A DNA stretch of 63,912 nucleotides, counting the filler, from Lenisia limosa (taxonomy: Eukaryota; Protista; Breviatea), in assembly GCA_001655205.1 (NCBI GenBank). It is 15 parts of 15 records of this genome, joined end to end, with 100 filler letters (N's around TTAATTAATTAA, not from the genome) between each part and the next. Parts side by side here need not be neighbours in the genome. Positions count along the whole stretch, not along the records: positions 47,914 to 51,644 come from LPNZ01007711.1; positions 51,745 to 55,558 come from LPNZ01001524.1; positions 55,659 to 59,642 come from LPNZ01006923.1; positions 59,743 to 61,150 come from LPNZ01005933.1; positions 61,251 to 63,912 come from LPNZ01007164.1; 10 more parts are not named here. The stretch is one strand, 5' to 3'. A program made the translations under genes and the position numbers. Below are positions 50,901 through 61,499 of this stretch, piece after piece (the stretch's first letter is position 1; every line of letters begins with the position of its first letter). Under the pieces are notes generated by a model that made no database searches, had not been told where the DNA came from, and worked only from the letters and a program-made list of their open reading frames with translations.

Positions 50901-51600
50901 AGGAGGGCAAGACGGACGCAGGCCAGCGGTTCCGCACCAGCTGCCTCGTGACGCTGCGCCACGTACTCAAGAAGGAGCAGACGTTCCAGCTTGTCCGAGC
51001 CGAGCCCGACTTCTTCTACAAGTCGGCGTCCTTCTCGTGTCATTGAATATTTATTCCTTTCTGTTGTTTCGTTAACCTTCAGACTGTTGCAATTCTGCCG
51101 AGACCGGAGCGACCGTAACTTCAATCGCAACGCCTGGCGCCTGTTTTATCAGAGCATTCGCTACCATGTGGGGGGGGGGGGCTTAGATGCCATGAGTGAT
51201 GAGGGGTCTCATCTTTTAGACTGGAGTTGCGGATCACTTGATCAAAAGTGGACACATGCAGCAATTCTTCGAGACTGTGGAGATCAACCATGGCCCAATT
51301 GTCTTTGGACACGGACTGCATTACCTCTCCAAAGTACGCGGCTTGTTCCGTTGATCTGTTGTTATTTGTTACTCTTTTTGCACAGTGGCTGGCCGCTTAA
51401 GTGCCTGGCCTAGGCTTTGTTTGTTTGTTGTTCTCGACCCTCGTATCAGCCAACAGAGTTGATTTTGGGCCTTTTTTTGTTTCATACATTTTCCAATTTT
51501 ACTCCCCCCTCGTGTAGCTCTTCCGAATGTTCCAACTGGAGCAGAAGCACCTTCTCAACGGCAGAACGCCGTCACGTGCCGAACTCGACAACAAGGTGCG
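47973..51600 (+). CDS. Unidentified large alpha-helical (ARM/HEAT-like) protein; 3' partial
   Basis: A continuous series of GT-AG-bounded Leu-rich exons runs from MPLTPQERLDLVWRL to LFRMFQLEQKHLL. No family recognised. Confidence 0.55.
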
Positions 51601-51744
51601 GATGCATGGATCATAATAGTATACTATATAATATATCCCCGTCCNNNNNNNNNNNNNNNNNNNNNNNNNNNNNNNNNNNNNNNNNNNNTTAATTAATTAA
51701 NNNNNNNNNNNNNNNNNNNNNNNNNNNNNNNNNNNNNNNNNNNN

Positions 51745-52107
51745 GTGTAATTGATATGGGAACAACTACGATGTCCGAAAGGGATTTGGCTACTTTCCTC
51801 AACTCAATCAAATCCGAATTTTGCGCGACTAGGTGGGACTATACCGGGAGCTGTATCTGGTGAAGGGAGGATGTGGGAGTATCTGGAGAGGGTCATTGGA
51901 GAACGGGCCAACCTTCACTTCCTCAATAAAGGGTTGAAATTTCTCTCATTCTTCAGATACAATCTCTTCAATCACAACTGCAACACTTTCTCCAACACTC
52001 TCGCCCAGTTCCTGGTGAACCACCCAATCCCGGCCGAAATCACCAACCTCCCCGCCAACTTCCTCAACACCCCTCTCGGTAGCATGCTCCGCCCGATGTT
52101 GGAACAG
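51745..52107 (+). CDS. DESI1: PPPDE-family desumoylating isopeptidase (DESI1-like); 5' partial
   Basis: IDMGTTTMSERDLATFLNSIKSEF...|YNLFNHNCNTFSNTLAQFLVNHPIPAEITNLPANFLNTPLGSMLRPMLEQ contains the family HNCN catalytic-Cys motif. Further 3' exons are possible to ~52550. Confidence 0.88.
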
Positions 52108-52742
52108 GTGGGAGGGGTCGCTGTGAATTATGTTTATCAGTAAATAATCTTATTCACATATTCAAGTTAGGGCATTCTGTCCAAGAAGGATTTTCTGATA
52201 ATCAGTTTTTTAAGACCGTTGTTAGCGGAAAGTATAGCACCAAGCAGTCTCTCATCATAAGTATAGCACCAGGCAGTCTCTCATTTTGCAGATAATGGGC
52301 CCAATTACGACTCCGGAACCCGTAAGAGCCACCCAGGTTTGCGGGGAGTATGTGGGTGACAAAGGGATACATACACAATAAACAAGACAATACTGCAATA
52401 AGATTTCATATTATAGTATTACTCTTCTGCTGCTTTAGCTTCGTTTTTATTATATTTAGGGGCAAACTATGGGCCCAACTTCGAGTCTTCCGTCTCTCAA
52501 CTTGTGGGTTGGATTGGCCCCTTGCATACGGGGTCCTTGGGAATGCATGATTAATGAGGGTGATTTTCTCATTTATTGTATATATTCCCGTTAATTTGCT
52601 TGTTTTTGAGATTTTTTCATCGAATTTGGGGTAATCTGGGCTGCTCTACTCGATGAGGGGGTGTACCAGGAGTGTTGTCGTGAAATTCGCGAAAATTTTC
52701 GAGATTTCGGAAAAAACTTGCATCGGAAATGAAATAGGTGGT

Positions 52743-55060
52743 TTAGCTTTCGGCTACGGTCATACTCTGGGGGTCATCGCGCATCCCGTCCGCTCTGCGA
52801 ACGCAAGCCCCAGCAGGCCTTGGTAGTACTGACGTCGGAGACGAGTCGGGAAGGCAGGGTACTGTAGTTTTTTTTCTTTCTTTTTTCTTTCTTTTTTCTT
52901 TCTTTTTTCTTTCTTTTTTCTTTCTTTTTTCTTCCTTCTTTTTTCTTTCGCTTTTTCTCTTTGTTTCTCTTGTTAACCAATGATGGTGATTGAAAGATAT
53001 GGTACTATCAACATACAACCCTCTTTATTGAATCATTTATGAAGTCTAATTATACAAGCACCAAAAATAGCGTGGATCGCAGTTGCCGTCACCCACAATC
53101 GTGAATCCGTTCCACGTGCTCACTTTTCTGAAAATGGGAGGAGGTTGAGTTGAGAAACAGAACGAGGGGGGGGGGGAGAAAGTTGCTTCTAATAGGCAGG
53201 CGAGNNNNNNNNNNNNNNNNNNNNNNNNNNNNNNNNNNNNNNNNNNNNNNNNNNNNNNNNNNNNNNNNNNNNNNNNNNNNNNNNNNNNNNNNNNNNNNNN
53301 NCACCACATTATAACAAGCAACTCCTCTTGATTGCTCATCTCTTCCCCAAAACAGTGGAAAAGTATCAATAAGTTGAAAAATATAACATAGTCCTTATAC
53401 AGCTTTCACATTCGCGAGAAGCTCCTTTTTCAGCTGGGCTGAGACTGCATCAGCGCGGTTTTCAAGCCTTGTTCCTCTTGTTGGGACATTATCATATTGT
53501 AATATGAGCTAAGGTACCTTATTGTACCTTTTTGGGATTTTCTGATATAATGAATCCTCACATGGGGCAAGCATGGTTTAACTGCCGTCCCATGGATTTT
53601 TCTTACACGCAAGAGTTTTTATCTCCTTCATCATGGCACTAATTGGGTTTATACACATTCTCGCAACTTCAACTTCAACTTCAGGCAATTTTCTGAAGTA
53701 TTCTGCTACCAAAGCGGTTGAGTTGTGGTGACATAGCAACCGGATCATCCCAAAAACATTTTCAACCGGACACTTGTCAGTTTTCTCAACATCACCTTCC
53801 GCTTCAATGGATGACTTTACTGTTGCAATCAAACTTGAAACTGGTCCACCTGTTTTTGCATTTGGCTACCATATATTTTGCAACTTCTACATCCCTCATG
53901 ACTTACGTAAAAGCAATTTGTTGAGTGTAGTGACAGTCCTTGTTGTAAACCGGACAGTGTCAAGGTCTAGAACAAAATCAAAAACAAGTGTGTGTTACCT
54001 AGAGGTACCTAACACTCAATATTGACCCAGTATAACTGCCAGTAGCAATCGCTTTGATCGCTCACCTTTGAGGTGTGTGACTTTAAACTCAGACTAAAAA
54101 TCCAAAATCAGCAAAAAAAATTTAAACAAAATTTGGATTAAGCGGAAAAAAGAGATCAATATTTCGCTCTCTCTTGTGTTGTCATACTCTTTTGGACTCG
54201 TGCTTTATTGGAGTCACCTTCCTCTTTCTTCTCCTCTCCAGACAGGAACTCTGACCCTCTTAGAAGTGGCCACTCAACAGCATCGGGAGCCACGGTGGCG
54301 TCAACGCAACTGCCGGGACTGAAGTCCCTGGGCACACCAATTCCGGGTGGGAGGAGTGGGATTAAAGGTTTGAAATATCCCAGGGAGGGGGAGAAATAAG
54401 GGAACGGTGATTTTGACAATTTAGGAGGAATAACGAACATGCTACCCCAGTCAGTGCAAGTCCAAATTCCCTTTGTAAGCACTTTGACGATCAAGTTTTC
54501 ATTTAATTCTGAGGTTATAACAAGCTCTCTTCAGCTATTCGCATCCCAGACTATCTGTATTATTCATACCTCAGACCAGCCTCCAAGGAGGAGCCAAGTC
54601 TGCAGCCAATCGCCTCATCAAGCTGGCAAAAGCTGCTGACAATATGAACAATGTGAGACGGAGGTACTACCTTCTGTTGTCTGTGGTTGCCCTTTACTAT
54701 TCTTGCGTATCGTTGAACTGTTTCCCTTGTTTTGATGGTAAAACTCTATCACTGAAAGTTGCTGTTGGTGTCATCATTGGGGTTATGGACTGAAAGTTGC
54801 TGTTGGTGTCATCATTGGGGTTATTGACTGAAAGTTGCTGTTGGTGTCATCATGGGGTATTTGACTGAAAGCTGCTGTTGGTGTCATCATTGGGGTATTT
54901 GACTGAAAGTTGCTGTTGGTGTCATCATTGGGGTTATTTGACGATTTTTTGAGAAACAATTTGGTCAAATAACACTCCACAGTCGCCTCCGACATCACCC
55001 ACAGAACAACACTACGAGGATCTTCTTATCATTGCGGATGCTGTTGATAAGGTGGGCTTT
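52743..55060 (-). CDS. Unresolved multi-exon gene(s) with weak ankyrin-like segments
   Basis: Open segments include NVEVAKYMVAKC, LLCHHNSTALVAEYFRKLP and NVPTRGTRLENRADAVSAQLKKELLANVKA. I could not fully assemble the exon phases. Confidence 0.3.
54752..54942. repeat. Minisatellite, ~38 bp x 5
   Basis: actgaaag recurs at 54751, 54789, 54827, 54864 and 54902. The unit is ctgaaagttgctgttggtgtcatcattggggttatttga. Confidence 0.92.
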
Positions 55061-55754
55061 ATGGCAGTAGAAAGGTAAGGGTTCAGGTCTCTATAAGGCA
55101 TGGCGGGCTACGTACTTTTATTCTCATTTGTATTGTTACTTAGTGGGTTTTATACTTCTTTTGTTAATATGGATTGAAAATATTTAACCAAGACAAGTCC
55201 GACGTAATATGTTCGAATGCTTAGACGACTTTTGGATTATGATTAAAAGGATTCATATCAAGTTAATTATTATATCATCAATATTATACTATAATCCAAA
55301 ATCTCTTGTAAGCGTGATGGTGTGGACGGATTGGGCCAGATACAACATTATTTTTAAATTTCTCATTGTTAAATTTTATATCATCATCATTACACTTTTT
55401 GAAACCAAATATTTCCCTTTGAAGGCCCACCATATTTTACTTTTCAGCAAGCCGTGACACAAACCACACTGGCTCCCTACATTTTCAGGTCCATTTCTCT
55501 GATATCTGCAACACTTTCTCCCAAGGTATACAGTGCCAGTGAAACAACAATTTTACTTNNNNNNNNNNNNNNNNNNNNNNNNNNNNNNNNNNNNNNNNNN
55601 NNTTAATTAATTAANNNNNNNNNNNNNNNNNNNNNNNNNNNNNNNNNNNNNNNNNNNNGGGGGGGGTATCACTGGAACGATAACTTTGATATGGGGCTCT
55701 TATACATATACATGTATAATGTAATAATGTACACTGCTTTACTGTTCTCATACC

Positions 55755-58700
55755 CCAGACTGAGGCGTATCAGCACTTCATTCACGGCACGCACCATGTT
55801 ATGAGGGGCGAGTGGAAGGAGGGCCTTGAACGCATGCAAAAGGCCACTGACTGCTATTCTGCTCTTGCTGTGGGGGGGGGGGGGGTNNNNNNNNNNNNNN
55901 NNNNNNNNNNNNNNNNNNNNNNNNNNNNNNNNNNNNNNNNNNNNNNNNNNNNNNNNNNNNNNNNNNNNNNNNNNNNNNNNNNNNNNNNNNNNNNNNNNNN
56001 NNNNNNNNNNNNNNNNNNNNNNNNNNNNNNNNNNNNNNNNNNNNNNNNNNNNNNNNNTTAACTTTACTCACTGATATTCCTTGTACAATTTACTCTGAAA
56101 GCTCTTGTTGATATTCTGCTTCTTTTCCTTTTATGGATCTAAATTGGTCTGACATGACCAGAAAACGACAAACGAGGACCTGAAAACTCTCTGTGAAGAA
56201 AAGATCAAGGAGATCAACCCCTCACTCAGATACTGCAGATATAACCTTGGAGAGCCCCTTGATGGTGGGGGTAGAGGGTTTGGAATCTTTGACTGAATGT
56301 AATCTATGCAAAGTAAATTATATTTATTTTATTTTGTTTTATTTTGCATGACTGTATTATTCATTTTGCTCTTGGGATGTAAAGATCATGATTGGGTGAC
56401 TACAGCGATCCCGGACCATTTACATCACTTACAGTGTAGGCCCAACTCCAACTCTTGCCACACAGTCAATGTCTCTTGATGTGAGGGGATGGAGGTTGCT
56501 CGGTTTATATAAGCAAATCATATGAGATGTACAGTGACTGGATAGGAAAATTCAAGACTTTTCCTGGTCATTGTATATCAGTGTAATTAATTCAAGAAAG
56601 ATTGAATTTGGTATAAAATGGGAGGAAATGGTACAAAATGTGTGAAATTATAAATGTAAACAGTTCCCACCACCTTTTATGATGAAATCCCCTTCTTTAT
56701 AACTTACTTTGATGGAGACAGTCTTTTCTCTTTTTTATTTTTTGCAATCTTCAACCCTCATGTGTTTTCGCATACCTTGCCAAAAGCGCCCTGCTCTTAA
56801 TCTGTCAACACCTCACTGGACCCCCAGGTTATGGACATGGAAGCTGACGCTGCCAAGAAACACCACACTTCGACCAAGGCCAAGGTTGTCGACACCAAGC
56901 ATCTGAGAATCAGAGTGGGGGTGCTTGAAACTTAATATCAGACAGTGTAGTGTAGTAAAAGCAGTTCTTAGTGGCAAATAATAAGAACAATTGTTGTGAT
57001 CAACATAACGCGACAGTGTTTTGGTTGCACTTCGGTTCGAAAAAGACCGGTAACATATCGATAGTTTTCGAGGATTTTTCGAGACATTCAATCTTTTTTT
57101 CGAACCGAAGTGGTGACCCAGTTGGTACCCTGTTTATAACTGTGATGCATTTTGATACTGACGGCTTCGGTCAGATTGCTTGCTAACGATTCCCTTACCA
57201 CCACAGGCGAAAGCCCAGGCCATTCTTGCTCAACTCAACCCTGAACGTCCGCAAGCCGAACACTCCACCAAGGTAGGATGCGCTTTTTTCTGTGCTTTTG
57301 GGGCTTCCATCAAAACAGAGTCCTCACAGTTGGACGATGAAAGAACATATCATATAGAGATCGGGATAAGTCTTTGCCGATTTGCTATGTAATTCCAGAC
57401 TTATCCCGGTCACTTTTGTTGATTGTTAACAGAATTAGATTCCTCTTTTGGAAATACTGGTAAAGACTTACCTCGGTCAGTTTATATTACTCCGTGCAAT
57501 TCATTTTTTGAGGAAATTAATTTACAAAATGTAATTAAAGAGTCCCACCCTCCCCTTCTCACCCGATCAGACCACCAGCGCAGAACCAGCATCCATTTCA
57601 ACAAAACGCCTGTCAGACGAGGCTGCTTCCTCTCTCCTCTCTAACGTCGCTCCCCTCCCCCCTGCCTTCACCGCCATTCCCGCCAAGGTGAGTCGGTTAC
57701 GGCNNNNNNNNNNNNNNNNNNNNNNNNNNNNNNNNNNNNNNNNNNNNNNNNNNNNNNNNNNNNNNNNNNNNNNNAAGACCAGATTTCTGATAAATCCTCA
57801 ATAAATATTGATATTTTGTCGGTCTTTTTCAGACTGAATGAGACTGAATTTGTTGGAAAATCCGATAAATATCGATATTTTGCTGGTCTTTTTGGGGGGC
57901 AGGACGGAAGCTACCCTGTGATCCAAAAAAAGCGGTAAAATATCGATGTTTATCGAGGATTTATCGAGAAATCTGGTCTTTTTTGGGACCCTCTCCACCC
58001 TCCCTAACCCATACCAGCCCCTCTTCTTCGACCTTGCATATTCGCACCTCGAATTTCCGGACATCAAGGAGGCACAGAAGCCGTGGGCCCNNNNNNNNNN
58101 NNNNNNNNNNNNNNNNNNNNNNNNNNNNNNNNNNNNNNNNNNNNNNNNNNNNNNNNNNNNNNNNNNNNNNNNNNNNNNNNNNNNNNNNNNNNNNNNNNNN
58201 NNNNNNNNNNNNNNNNNNNNNNNNNNNNNNNNNNNNNNNNNNNNNNTCAATATCTCATGGTGTGGACAGCTTCGGCCAGATACAACCTTGTTTTATTTCT
58301 CATCTCTATACCATATTGTATGTACATCATATGTTTGTTATTAGGCTTCATTTTGGTTTGAAAAAGACTGAATTTCTCGATAAATCTTGGAAAATTTTCG
58401 ATATTTTCCGAAGTGAAGCCTGATATCTTGTGCATGTTTTAACTCATAAAGGGTCTCCAAAAAGTCCAAAAAGGCCGCTCCTGAACCCGAGCCTGAGGTG
58501 GAAATCCAGAATTTGGAAATTAAGGAGGTTGGGGNNNNNNNNNNNNNNNNNNNNNNNNNNNNNNNNNNNNNNNNNNNNNNNNNNNNNNNNNNNNNNNNNN
58601 NNNNNNNNNNNNNNNNNNNNNNNNNNNNNNNNNNNNNNNNNNNNNNNNNNNNNNNNNNNNNNNNNNNNNNNNNNNNNNCTACACAAGGCAAAACGTTCTA

Positions 58701-58917
58701 TTCATGATATATCGTGAATTCTCTTATCTGTACCGTGGGGTTGTGTATGAAGTTAGGCTTAACTTCATACACAACCCCATGCCCGTAACTCATCATCATA
58801 TGAAGAAAGGGCTGTAGATCTGATAGCATTGAAAGTCGAATTCTAATTTTACAGGATAAGCCAAAGGAGACAGCCCCGGTTGAGGAAAAGAAGGGATGGT
58901 TTGGCAGTTGGTGGTAG
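55755..58917 (+). CDS. SRP68: Signal recognition particle subunit SRP68; 5' partial
   Basis: EAYQHFIHG...EWKEGLERMQKATDCYSALA, LCEEKIKEINPSLRYCRYNLG, VAPLPPAFTAIPAK|PLFFDLAYSHLEFP and C-terminal EKKGWFGSWW* all match recalled SRP68 motifs. Confidence 0.88.
56530..57415. mobile_element. Degenerate MITE family A copies (~56530-56575 and ~57360-57415) in SRP68 introns
   Basis: tacagtgactggata...caagacttttcctggtcattgta and gggataagtctttgccg...agacttatcccggtcac. Confidence 0.55.
57025..58422. mobile_element. Cluster of MITE family B copies/fragments (57025-57115, 57775-57990, 58340-58422) in SRP68 introns
   Basis: Repeated cttcggttcgaaaaagac / atatcgata / ttcgaaccgaagtg cores. Confidence 0.75.
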
Positions 58918-59159
58918 TGTATGGTGTGTTTTCTTTGATTTTATTATTTTCCTTTTTTCATGAAGACCAAGTAAAAACCATGGACGGAGATCTGTAGCTA
59001 ATTGAATTTCATTGGGGAAAGACTTCGAATACCGAGATAACTACATATCACATCATGATAAAGGATGATGAAATATATTTATGAGACTGCAAGTCCATTT
59101 CTGAAAAGTTATTTATATATTTTGCCGCAATACATTTTCAACCTTTAAATAACTTTTAC

Positions 59160-59642
59160 TGTCTTTTGACAGATTCTGACATACGGAGCAATTTGTTTAA
59201 CCCGACCATGAACTCTGTTCTCTGCGTCTGAGAAGCTCTCTCAGCTAATTTCAACCAAAGTGAAGTTTGAAAGAGTTGTATGATACACGAAAACAGCTAC
59301 TAGCGCAAAAACAAATATACAAGAAAACAAGAAACAACTATACCCCTATATTTCAAAAGAAGCTACTCTGCTTTGTACCTCTACTACTGCGTCTTTTGCC
59401 TGGGGGGGGGGGTAAATTGGAAACTTTATGAAATAGCCCAAAATCAACTCAGTTGGCTAACACATGAGGGTTGAGAACAACAAAACAAAGCCCAGGGCAG
59501 TTGCTATTGCAGCACATATATGGGGGGTACGATGACGTGGACAAAAGGTGATCCCAAGAACCGCACCTTTTCCGAGGCAAATTGCTGCAGGATTTCTATT
59601 ACTAAGTCATCAACAAGTCCTCGATTTGACGTGGACGTAATG
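59160..59642 (-). CDS. Unidentified gene, 3' exons
   Basis: EILQQFASEK|...cccccag|AKDAVVE|gtac...|AERASQTQRTEFMVGLNKLLRMSESVKRQ*. Confidence 0.35.
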
Positions 59643-59839
59643 NNNNNNNNNNNNNNNNNNNNNNNNNNNNNNNNNNNNNNNNNNNNTTAATTAATTAANN
59701 NNNNNNNNNNNNNNNNNNNNNNNNNNNNNNNNNNNNNNNNNNTTTAGAGCTAAGATAAATGACAAATAAAACGAGATAATAGGATCTGGCCGAAGCCGTA
59801 CAAGCTAACACGTCTATATATGAAATAAAACAAGTAACC

Positions 59840-60990
59840 CAACAAGAGACCCCAGGAACCTGTCCTTCTTCAGCTAGCTTGAGTGCATCACTGAGCTCCT
59901 CTGCGCTTGCACCTGAAAAGAGTATTATTTTTTGCGGTAAAGTCTCTATTGGAACTAGGATCATAAACATATAATGTATGTTATGACCACGGTAAGTCCT
60001 GACACGAAAGCTCAAAATCAGTTTCAGGACTTTTCATGATCAGTGTATGCACTATTATTGATATTTGTCGAGGATTATTAAGAATTCCATCTATTTTTGG
60101 AACCGAAAGTGAAGCTTTAAAAAACATAAAGCAGCAACCTGAAAGAAGCATGGCAACAACTCGCTGATATTTGACATCAGCAATCCCGGGTTCGTCATCA
60201 GGGGCAATTTCAATATATCTAGAGCTTCATCACAACAATTGTATTTCTGAAACGTGAATAATGCAAAAAATCAATATAATAATTTGAGTATATCTAATAA
60301 CTAATTAGTATCAAATATCGTTGAATATCACATCCTTGTATCAATAGTACCGATTCTATTCCATACAAACCTATTGATATCCTTCAAAGACTCAACTGGC
60401 TGTTTTTTGAACCGCAAAACTCTCGAACGTAAGTACAAAGCCTGTATGTGTTAAAAAAATCTAAGATTTATCGATTGTAACTTCAGCGTCTTTAGGAATC
60501 TAATATGTTAGATGGATTATTAAGGTTTCACTTCGGTTCGAAAAATACTGATAAAATATCGATAATTTTCGAAGATTTATTGAAGAATTCAGTCTTTTTT
60601 CGAACCGAAGTGAATCAGGAGGGTCTGAGTCTTTAGATGATCAAGAACAATTATTTTCTATTGTGGTTATAGAACTCACAAGAGACGGTAAATTAGAAAA
60701 AAAAATCAGTTGTGCTAGTGATCTCAAGAAATATTATAATAATGTAATTATTAATCAAAGGAGGGAATAAATACTATGTGATCAAATGTTAAACCAAATT
60801 GTGTGCTTTAACAGAGCTTCATTTTCGACTCAAAACACGGGGTAATTGTCAATCTACATACCTTCCTTATATTAATCTAATGTCCTATTGGGCCTACATT
60901 TCTATTCCCATATCCCCCAATTTGCATATCAAAGACGGGTGCAGCGTTGATCCCCCAATTGGCATATCGAGAATTACTTGGCTGTAGGTG
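59840..60990 (-). CDS. Gene fragment with TPR-like exon
   Basis: RYIEIAPDDEPGIADVKYQRVVAMLLS|gt and GASAEELSDALKLAEEGQ|gt. Confidence 0.3.
60520..60615. mobile_element. MITE family B copy
   Basis: taaggtttcacttcggttcgaaaaa...ttttttcgaaccgaagtgaa. Confidence 0.8.
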
Positions 60991-61499
60991 ATGTTGAGTA
61001 CGTGCAGTCAGAATATGAATATACATATGTTTGGTAAAATGAATACACTGCTTTCAGCCTGTCGCTTTTGGTATTCTAGTATTCAGTCTTTTGAAATCGA
61101 AAATGAAGCCCTACTCTTGGTCATTTGGTTAGAGATTGGGAATGAACTGTNNNNNNNNNNNNNNNNNNNNNNNNNNNNNNNNNNNNNNNNNNNNTTAATT
61201 AATTAANNNNNNNNNNNNNNNNNNNNNNNNNNNNNNNNNNNNNNNNNNNNGTGATGAACCCCCCAAATATCTGGTTTGAAGGGGTGGGGAGTTAATGTGG
61301 TTATGGGGTCGGGTTTTGTATTTTTGTATTACGGCTGATTTCTTCTTTTCAAATTACGTATATTTTATTGATATAATTTCTTACTTTCAAATTGCATATA
61401 TTTTCTTGATATGTAGTTTCTTACTTTCAAATTGGAAATACAGCGGGAGGGCGGGCAGTTTGCTTTTTTTGGGACAAAAAGGGAAGCTCAACTTCTCAC

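Larger units (their letters stand above)
6658..61206. other. 14 artificial scaffold-joining spacers (N-run + TTAATTAATTAA + N-run, ~100 bp)
   Basis: The identical 12-mer, which has stops in all six frames, is embedded in Ns at 6658, 8498, 12432, 15422, 16790, 27365, 29929, 34847, 37470, 47858, 51689, 55603, 59687 and 61195. This is a concatenation linker, not biology. Confidence 0.97.

Noticed and set aside
52774-53018. Lys/Arg/Glu-rich ORFs
   Set aside because: They derive from a T/C-rich microsatellite in a probable intron next to an acceptor.
53075-53110. GDGNC motif suggesting an OTU deubiquitinase
   Set aside because: It continues DPRYF rather than L-F-R-A, hits a stop soon after, and no His-box exon was found.
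17415-54942. Short direct-repeat arrays as possible CRISPR arrays
   Set aside because: The units are head-to-tail with no unique spacers, the context is eukaryotic and intronic, and there are no cas genes.
6658-61206. Regularly recurring TTAATTAATTAA palindrome, and the 'LIN*' ends of many ORFs in the track
   Set aside because: It is always embedded in N-runs of fixed total length, so it is an assembly linker. Any gene clustering across it is meaningless.
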